Below the pieces are notes generated by a model. The model was not told the DNA's origin. It saw nothing but the letters and a program-made list of their open reading frames with translations, and made no database searches. Both the position numbers and the translations under genes were made by a program. DNA of 64,000 nt, from IMG/VR virus record IMGVR_UViG_3300032219_002227, positions 64,001 through 128,000 of that record. One strand, written 5' to 3'. This DNA is from a virus (lineage: Duplodnaviria > Caudoviricetes). Below, in pieces: positions 57,767 through 64,000 of the stretch (positions within the stretch are counted from its first letter, which is position 1; every line of letters begins with the position of its first letter).

Positions 57767-58275
57767 TGGATATTAAAGAATATATCAAACAGCTTGTTCG
57801 TGAATTGCTAGACGAAGAAACTACATCTGGCGATGCTGGTCCTTATTCTACTCCATTAGCCTTTGCTAAAAAAGGACAAGGTCCAAATGCAGCAACTAAA
57901 CAAGCACAAAGATCAGGTTGGAAGTTAGCTAAAAAACCAACTACATCTGATATAGTTGATTATAAAAAAATATTTCAAGAAGTGAAACTAAATACATTAA
58001 TTAAGCAAGAATTACTTAACGAAGTAACTTATTCTAAGTTTAAGAACGACGTAAAACATAGAACTAAATCTGAACAATTACATAAAGCTATTCGTGAAGT
58101 AAAACGTAAGCTTCAAGAAATTGATCGTATCGTAGAATATACTTCTCGTATGAAACAGGAATTAAGTTTAGATGAAGGTGGTGTTTCTTATTGGAAAACT
58201 ACTGAATCTAATATTGGAAAAATTTCTGAAATGATGAATCATTTAAATAACAAAATTAAAAACTTGCATCAATAA
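57766..58275 (+). CDS. Tagged head-cluster protein
   Basis: IKEYIKQLVRELLDEE, YSTPLAF. Confidence 0.7.
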   Translation: MDIKEYIKQLVRELLDEETTSGDAGPYSTPLAFAKKGQGPNAATKQAQRSGWKLAKKPTTSDIVDYKKIFQEVKLNTLIKQELLNEVTYSKFKNDVKHRTKSEQLHKAIREVKRKLQEIDRIVEYTSRMKQELSLDEGGVSYWKTTESNIGKISEMMNHLNNKIKNLHQ

Positions 58276-58403
58276 TGGCTAAGGGATCTAAAGGCGGAGA
58301 TGCTCGCAAAGTTACTTTTGGTAAAAGAAAAAAAAGTAAAGCACAAAAATCATTTAACAAACATGATCGTTCAGAAAAGAACTATCGTGGACAAGGAAGA
58401 TAA
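58275..58403 (+). CDS. 42-aa basic protein ending YRGQGR (not in ORF track)
   Basis: MAKGSKGGDARKVTFGKRKKSKAQKSFNKHDRSEKNYRGQGR, coupled on both sides. Confidence 0.7.
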   Translation: MAKGSKGGDARKVTFGKRKKSKAQKSFNKHDRSEKNYRGQGR

Positions 58404-58405
58404 CT

Positions 58406-59938
58406 ATGAAAAGTATAGCAAACCAATATCGTGATTTGAAAGAAGGCAAAATGTCACAATTTAATTTTATGCGTAATTTACGTATGACTATGCCTCAATA
58501 TATTACTAATGTAACTTCATTTAAAGATGCTGTTAAAATTCTTAAAAATAAGTCTATTTTAAATGAAGCTGACGTTGCAGAAATGCGTTATCAATCCTCA
58601 GGCGGAGTAGATAATCCAGGAAGAGAAGATCAATCTAATTATGACATGGATAGTTTTATTAGAGAGCTGGATAGAGAACTAGAATACTATGAAAGAGAAT
58701 ATCCGGGTCTTGTAGCTTTTGTTGATAAATTAGGTAATAATGATGAAACAAATCCTAAATATCTCGATATTACAGATAGATACTTTGACGACCCAGCAGG
58801 CGCTGCTGCTGAATTTATTACCTTATTTAATAAACAAAACATTAATGAATTAGGCCCTGACGCAGAGAGAATGGCTGGTAACCCTGAAGAAGAGGCAGAA
58901 TATAGAGCAACTGCTATTAGAAAAAAAAGTAATGATGATGAAGATGATGAATTAGATGCTATTATTAAACAAATGGAAGATGAATTAGATAGTCCTGACA
59001 AATATAAAAATCAAGACTCTGAAGATGCATTAGGTGAGGATTTAAAAACTGTTAAAGAACCAAATCCAAATGCTGGTAAATGGAGATTGATGAGTATTGA
59101 TGGAAAAAGGGCATTAGCTAATAATTTTTTTGATTCTGAAAAAGATGCAAAAGAATACGCTAGAAAAAATATAAGAACAGATTATAAAACCGTAAAATTA
59201 AAGGATGAAAGATCTGTATACAGAAATATAGATGAAAGTAGAAAGAAAAAAGAACCAAAAAAAGAATTACATCCAAATCAAATTCATCCACAAGAATTAA
59301 GGATGGGTATTAAGGTTGAATTAGAACATACCGCTGATTTAGATAAAGCAAGAAAAATTGCTTTAGATCATTTAGCTGAAAATCCATTCTACTATACAGC
59401 TTTAAAATTAGCAGGTATTGAATCACCCTCAGCTCCTAAAGTTAAAGCACCTGTAGAGAAAAAGGCTAAAAAGAAAAAAGAAACAGCTGAATTAGTCGAT
59501 AAGGATAACCAAATGCAGAAGGTAAAAATGCCTAAAATTGTTAAAGAAGTTAGGTATAATACTTTAAAAGAACCAAGTCCTTTTATGAAAGAAGTTGAAG
59601 ACTTTATTGATAATACTCTTGGTTTAAATGTTATGTCTAAAAAACTAGAATTACAAGATACTCAAGATCCAAATAGAGTACTTTTAAGATATCAATACTG
59701 GGAAAAACTTCCTAAAGAAGCTCTTGATATTTTTAAAAACTCAGATAAGTTTAAAGTTGAAGAAGATATAGATGTAGAAGAAGAAAAAGCAGATTCATAT
59801 CTTTACTTTATAGAACCTAAATCTTCTTTATCTGAAAATCATTCTCGTCTTATGGCTAAATTAGAAGCATTAGTACGTGAAGCTATTAATGAATATTATG
59901 ATGGGCGTGATAATTTAGATGCCGAAAACGAATACTAA
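58406..59938 (+). CDS. Modular head-internal protein with DUF5661-like domain
   Basis: ELRMGIKVELEHT...IALDHLAENPFYY; many (L/I/V)xE sites. Confidence 0.7.
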   Translation: MKSIANQYRDLKEGKMSQFNFMRNLRMTMPQYITNVTSFKDAVKILKNKSILNEADVAEMRYQSSGGVDNPGREDQSNYDMDSFIRELDRELEYYEREYPGLVAFVDKLGNNDETNPKYLDITDRYFDDPAGAAAEFITLFNKQNINELGPDAERMAGNPEEEAEYRATAIRKKSNDDEDDELDAIIKQMEDELDSPDKYKNQDSEDALGEDLKTVKEPNPNAGKWRLMSIDGKRALANNFFDSEKDAKEYARKNIRTDYKTVKLKDERSVYRNIDESRKKKEPKKELHPNQIHPQELRMGIKVELEHTADLDKARKIALDHLAENPFYYTALKLAGIESPSAPKVKAPVEKKAKKKKETAELVDKDNQMQKVKMPKIVKEVRYNTLKEPSPFMKEVEDFIDNTLGLNVMSKKLELQDTQDPNRVLLRYQYWEKLPKEALDIFKNSDKFKVEEDIDVEEEKADSYLYFIEPKSSLSENHSRLMAKLEALVREAINEYYDGRDNLDAENEY

Positions 59939-59939
59939 T

Positions 59940-60548
59940 ATGAAATTATTACTGATTGACCATACCCCATTTCAGCAAGCAAACCTTACCTTATTAGAAG
60001 GTAAAGGTAATAAAGATGGTTTAGTTACTCTTGTAGGTAAACTGCAAGCAGCTAACCAAGAAAATGGTAATAATCGTAAATATCCTTATAAAACTCTTAA
60101 GCGTGAAGTAGATAAATATATAGATGGTCCTATCAAAACACGTACTGCTTTAGGAGAATTAGATCATCCTGAAGCATCTGTTGTAAATTTAGCAAATACT
60201 TCTCACATTGTTACTAGTGTTTGGTGGGATGGAAATAATGTTATGGGTAAAATTCAATTATTACCTACACCTGCTGGCAACATTGCTAAAGCATTAGTAA
60301 TGGCTGGTATTCCACTTGGAATATCTTCACGCGGTATGGGTAGTGTTAAACAAATTGGAGAGGCAGTTGAAGTACAAGAAGATTTTGAATTATTATGTTG
60401 GGATCTAGTATCGGTACCATCAACACCAATGGCATACATGCAATTAGCTGAATCAAAGAAATTTAGACCCACAAAAGATTATAGTAAAGTAAATAGTTTA
60501 GTAACTGAAATTATTTGTAACCAAACAGGAGTTTGTCCTATTTGTTAA
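59940..60548 (+). CDS. gp21: Prohead protease
   Basis: N.N.RKYP, ALGELDHP, TPAG, GISSRGMGS, DLVSVPS. Confidence 0.92.
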   Translation: MKLLLIDHTPFQQANLTLLEGKGNKDGLVTLVGKLQAANQENGNNRKYPYKTLKREVDKYIDGPIKTRTALGELDHPEASVVNLANTSHIVTSVWWDGNNVMGKIQLLPTPAGNIAKALVMAGIPLGISSRGMGSVKQIGEAVEVQEDFELLCWDLVSVPSTPMAYMQLAESKKFRPTKDYSKVNSLVTEIICNQTGVCPIC

Positions 60549-60577
60549 AATAATTCACGTCTTTACATATCTACATA

Positions 60578-60585
60578 TATTTATA
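60578..60585 (+). promoter_or_regulatory. Late-type promoter box TATTTATA (representative)
   Basis: Same box before structural genes at 12116, 13895, 15221, 18065, 20668, 26552, 31279, 32466, 35141, 39928, 53360, 54956, 56884, 63497. Confidence 0.7.
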
Positions 60586-60695
60586 AGCATCCTAAATAGG
60601 TTGCTAATTCTTATGCAACCTGGGTATATTACAAACCCCCTATTAAGATTGTCTAATAATCTTATTTCCTCAATTAAATTTAAGGAGAACAATTT

Positions 60696-61793
60696 ATGTC
60701 AAACAAAGACTTATTCAAAGAGGCTATCGCCGACGCTAAAGCTGTCCGCGAAGCTGCGTTAGCAAACGCAAAAGCTGCTCTTGAAGAAGCTTTAGCTCCA
60801 GCAATTCAAAATATGATTTCTAGTAAATTACAAGAAATTGATGAAGATTTGGATGAAGTTGAAGATCTTGAAGAAGTAGATTTTATCTCAGCTAATGACA
60901 AAAGGAATGATTCTGATTTTATCAGAAAAAGAGCTATTGATGCAAGCCAAATGTCAGAAGGCGAAGAAGACCTAGAAGAAGATTTCGATTTATCTGAAAT
61001 TTTAGCTGAATTAAGTGAAGAAAATGAACTTGAAGAAGCTAAAGATAAGGATGAAAAGAAAGAAAATCTCTACGAAGATGAAGATGAAGAATCTGAATTA
61101 GAAACTGTAGGTGATTTAACCGTTGATGAATTTAAAGATGAAATCAGAGACATGATCAAAGATATTATCTCATCAGAAATGGGTGGTGGCGAAATGGCTG
61201 CTGCTGATGATGTAGTAGATGATGCTGAAGAAATGGCTGTTGATTTTAGCGATGAAACCGGCGGTGATGACTTACGTCAAGACACAGATGATGCTATAGC
61301 AAATGCTGAAGAAGATGACGAAGAAATCAACTTAGAAGAATTACTAGCTGAACTTGATTCTTTAGACGAAGCTAATGATACTGATGAAGTATATGAAGCT
61401 AAGAAAAAGAAAAAAACACCACAAGGCGAAGATAAAGAAGAAGAGATAAAAGAAGCTCTTAACACTATCAATACCCTTCGCACTGAACTTAACGAAGTAA
61501 ACTTGCTTAATGCTAAGTTACTTTATGTTAACAAAATTTTCAAGTCTAAGAACTTGAATGAATCACAAAAACTCAAAGTAATTGCTCAATTCGACAAAGC
61601 AACTACTGCGAAAGAAGCTAAAGTTATTTATGAATCTATGAGTAGTGCTATTGCAAAATCTGCTAAAAGCACAATCAAAGAATCATTAGGATTTGCTTCA
61701 AAAGCTGCTGGTATGGCTCCACAAAAACCAATTGTAGAAGTAAATGATACAGTTGCTAGATGGAAAATGTTAGCAGGTATTACTAAATTTTAA
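60696..61793 (+). CDS. gp22: Prohead core/scaffolding protein
   Basis: Highly acidic, coiled coil, between protease and capsid; EAIADAK..NAK.ALEE; NEVNLLNAKLLY. Confidence 0.85.
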   Translation: MSNKDLFKEAIADAKAVREAALANAKAALEEALAPAIQNMISSKLQEIDEDLDEVEDLEEVDFISANDKRNDSDFIRKRAIDASQMSEGEEDLEEDFDLSEILAELSEENELEEAKDKDEKKENLYEDEDEESELETVGDLTVDEFKDEIRDMIKDIISSEMGGGEMAAADDVVDDAEEMAVDFSDETGGDDLRQDTDDAIANAEEDDEEINLEELLAELDSLDEANDTDEVYEAKKKKKTPQGEDKEEEIKEALNTINTLRTELNEVNLLNAKLLYVNKIFKSKNLNESQKLKVIAQFDKATTAKEAKVIYESMSSAIAKSAKSTIKESLGFASKAAGMAPQKPIVEVNDTVARWKMLAGITKF

Positions 61794-61824
61794 TTAACAA
61801 AACCCTCAATTTAAATCGTTTAAA

Positions 61825-63429
61825 ATGAACGTACAACAACTCCTCGAATCATCTAACCAATATAAAGTGGTGATGGATGACGCTAAAAAGTTGTCAAACA
61901 AGTGGGCTAAATCTGGCCTTTTAGAAGGTATTAGATCTACTAATGACAAAAATACAATGGCTATTTTGCTTGAAAACCAAGCTAAGCAATTAGTAACCGA
62001 AGCTAACGTAACTGGCGGTACTAATAGTATGAATGGTGCTGGATACAATGCTGAGAACTGGGCTGGCGTAGCTTTGCCTTTAGTTCGCCGCGTATTTGGT
62101 GAAATCGCAGCTAAAGAATTCGTTAGTGTACAACCAATGAACTTACCTTCTGGTCTTGTATTCTATCTTGATTTCAAGTATGCTAATAACATCAGACCTT
62201 TCCGTTCTGGTGATTCACTTTACAGTGCTAATAACAGCACTAACGTAACTGATTTTGCTAACACCGCTTCTCTTTATGGTGCTGGTCGCTTCGGTTACTC
62301 TATCAATCAGTATACAGCTTCTGTTACTAATGCTTCTACAGGATCTGCTCAATGGTCTGATTTTAATCTTGATTCTAACTACTCTGCTTCTGCAGCTTCT
62401 AGTCAGTACAAGAAAATTTCTGTTCCATTACCTTCTAACTACGACGTAAACGCGGTTCGTGGATTTGTAATTGTTTCTGGTACAATTGCTGCTACTGATG
62501 TATTGCAAGCTTTCACTACTGTAACTAACAACACTGCTTCTTTCATTGTTACTGGTTCTTTAGTAGCTAGAGACATGTCTCCCGCCGCTGCTACTGTAAC
62601 ATTGTTCTACGATATCCAGAACACTCCTGAAAGTCGTGGTGATTTCGAAGATGGTAAAGCTAAAACAAATGCTCCTACCACTATCGATATTCCTTCTATT
62701 GACGTTCAGTTAAAATCTGAAGCTATCGTTGCTAAAACTCGTAAGTTGAAAGCACAATGGACTCCAGAATTCGCTCAAGATTTGAATGCTTATCATTCAA
62801 TCGACGCTGAAGCTGAATTAACTGGTATCCTTTCTCAATATATCTCTATGGAAATCGATCTCGAACTCCTTGATATGTTAATCCAAAACGCTTATACTGT
62901 TGATTATTGGACTGCTGTTAATAACAAGTCTATCACTTCTGCAGGTGTAACTTCTGATTTGGGTTACTACAACACTCAAGGTGGTTGGTTCCAAACTTTA
63001 GGTACTAAGTTACAGAAAGTTTCCAATATTATCCATCAGTTAACTTTACGTGGTGGCGCTAACTTCCTCGTAGTTTCTCCAACCGTAGCAACTGTATTAG
63101 AATCAATTCCAGGCTTTGCTACTGATGGTGATGGTGAGAAAATGGAATTCAACTTCGGTATCCAAAAGATTGGTCAGTTGAATAGCCGTTACAAAGTATA
63201 CAAGAACCCATACATGACTGAGAACGTAATTCTTATGGGTTACAAAGGTGCTCAGTTTCTTGAGTGTGGTGCTGTATTTGCTCCATATGTTCCATTGATC
63301 ATGACTCCACTTCTTTACGATCCTAATACCTTCACACCAAGAAAAGGTTTGATGACTAGGTACGCTAAGAAGATGATCCGTCCTGACTATTATGGTAAAG
63401 TATATGTTGCTGGTTTAAATACTCTTTAA
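61825..63429 (+). CDS. gp23: Major capsid protein
   Basis: LLENQ, PLVRRV, SVQPM..PSGLVF, AKTRKLKAQWTPE.AQDL.A.H..DAE.EL, APYVPL, TRY. Confidence 0.97.
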   Translation: MNVQQLLESSNQYKVVMDDAKKLSNKWAKSGLLEGIRSTNDKNTMAILLENQAKQLVTEANVTGGTNSMNGAGYNAENWAGVALPLVRRVFGEIAAKEFVSVQPMNLPSGLVFYLDFKYANNIRPFRSGDSLYSANNSTNVTDFANTASLYGAGRFGYSINQYTASVTNASTGSAQWSDFNLDSNYSASAASSQYKKISVPLPSNYDVNAVRGFVIVSGTIAATDVLQAFTTVTNNTASFIVTGSLVARDMSPAAATVTLFYDIQNTPESRGDFEDGKAKTNAPTTIDIPSIDVQLKSEAIVAKTRKLKAQWTPEFAQDLNAYHSIDAEAELTGILSQYISMEIDLELLDMLIQNAYTVDYWTAVNNKSITSAGVTSDLGYYNTQGGWFQTLGTKLQKVSNIIHQLTLRGGANFLVVSPTVATVLESIPGFATDGDGEKMEFNFGIQKIGQLNSRYKVYKNPYMTENVILMGYKGAQFLECGAVFAPYVPLIMTPLLYDPNTFTPRKGLMTRYAKKMIRPDYYGKVYVAGLNTL

Positions 63430-63465
63430 TCCGATCCATATAATTTAACCCCGTAAGGTTAAATA

Positions 63466-63495
63466 GGCCCGAGCGTAAACTCGGGCTTTTTTTTT
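63466..63495 (+). terminator. Intrinsic terminator after capsid gene
   Basis: GCCCGAG-CGTAAA-CTCGGGC then T9. Confidence 0.85.
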
Positions 63496-63523
63496 ATATT
63501 TATATATAACCAAACAATTGTTC

Positions 63524-64000
63524 ATGAAGGAACCTAATCGTGAAAGAAAAAACGACATTAAAATTATCAATGCCGTTCAGTTAAATGAAGAGCAAAAGGA
63601 AGCAAAACGATTAATAGTAGAAAACCAAATTGTTATAGTAACAGGTAGAGCAGGATCAGGTAAATCATTAGTATGTGCTCAAGCCGCCTTAGATTTCCTT
63701 AAGAAAAAACAAATTAGCTGTATTTACAATACAAGAGCAGCCATTGAAGTAGGTAAAAGCCTAGGTTATTTACCAGGAGCATTAAGTGAAAAGTTTGATC
63801 CCTATATGGAAGCACTTGTTGAAAATCTTAATAAATGTTGTTCAAATAAAAACGAAGTACCTAACCTTATAGCTGAAGAAAAAGTAAAAGCATTACCTGT
63901 TCAGTTTATTCGTGGTAAAACAATTGACGATATTTTAATTGTAGAAGAAGCACAAAACCTAACTAAAGGTGAAATGCTAGCTATATTAACTCGCTTAGGT
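63524..64000 (+). CDS. phoH: PhoH-family ATPase (partial)
   Basis: LNEEQK, GRAGSGKS, LGYLPG, FIRG.T, EEAQN, LTRLG. Confidence 0.92.
   Translation, partial: MKEPNRERKNDIKIINAVQLNEEQKEAKRLIVENQIVIVTGRAGSGKSLVCAQAALDFLKKKQISCIYNTRAAIEVGKSLGYLPGALSEKFDPYMEALVENLNKCCSNKNEVPNLIAEEKVKALPVQFIRGKTIDDILIVEEAQNLTKGEMLAILTRLG

Noticed and set aside
1149-62449. Other short minus-strand or nested ORFs in the track (e.g. 1149, 16591, 40226, 58687, 61277)
   Set aside because: Shadows of well-supported + strand genes with no independent signals.
1-64000. Stop-codon reassignment and tRNA genes
   Set aside because: Core genes are full length in the standard code with TAA, TAG and TGA all used as stops; no cloverleaf was recognised by eye.

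Overview
A 64-kb, very AT-rich segment of a large T4-like myovirus genome. Nearly all genes lie on the + strand in the standard genetic code. The host is probably Bacteroidota, inferred from A-rich leaders without Shine-Dalgarno sites and TAnnTT(T/C)A -7-type promoter boxes. Layout: (1) ~0.6-12 kb, an early/host-takeover region of tiny genes, most behind their own copy of a GnC(A/G)-N12-TAnnTT(T/C)A promoter, often embedded in a stem-loop; (2) a GC/CpG-rich palindrome island at ~11.9-12.06 kb where strand skew flips; (3) a gp55-like late sigma factor and baseplate/tail genes (14-29 kb); (4) primase, nucleases and phosphatases; (5) a long block of probable head-internal proteins sharing short N-/C-terminal tag motifs (32-44 kb, 51-60 kb); (6) DenV-like, FAD oxidoreductase, NMP-kinase-like and MoxR/vWA genes; (7) terminase, portal, prohead protease, scaffold, major capsid protein and phoH. 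The most striking observation is a 790-nt cassette (9547-10336) of three promoter-driven genes for acidic proteins whose coding strand has only 2 cytosines. All family assignments come from motif recognition by eye; no searches were run.
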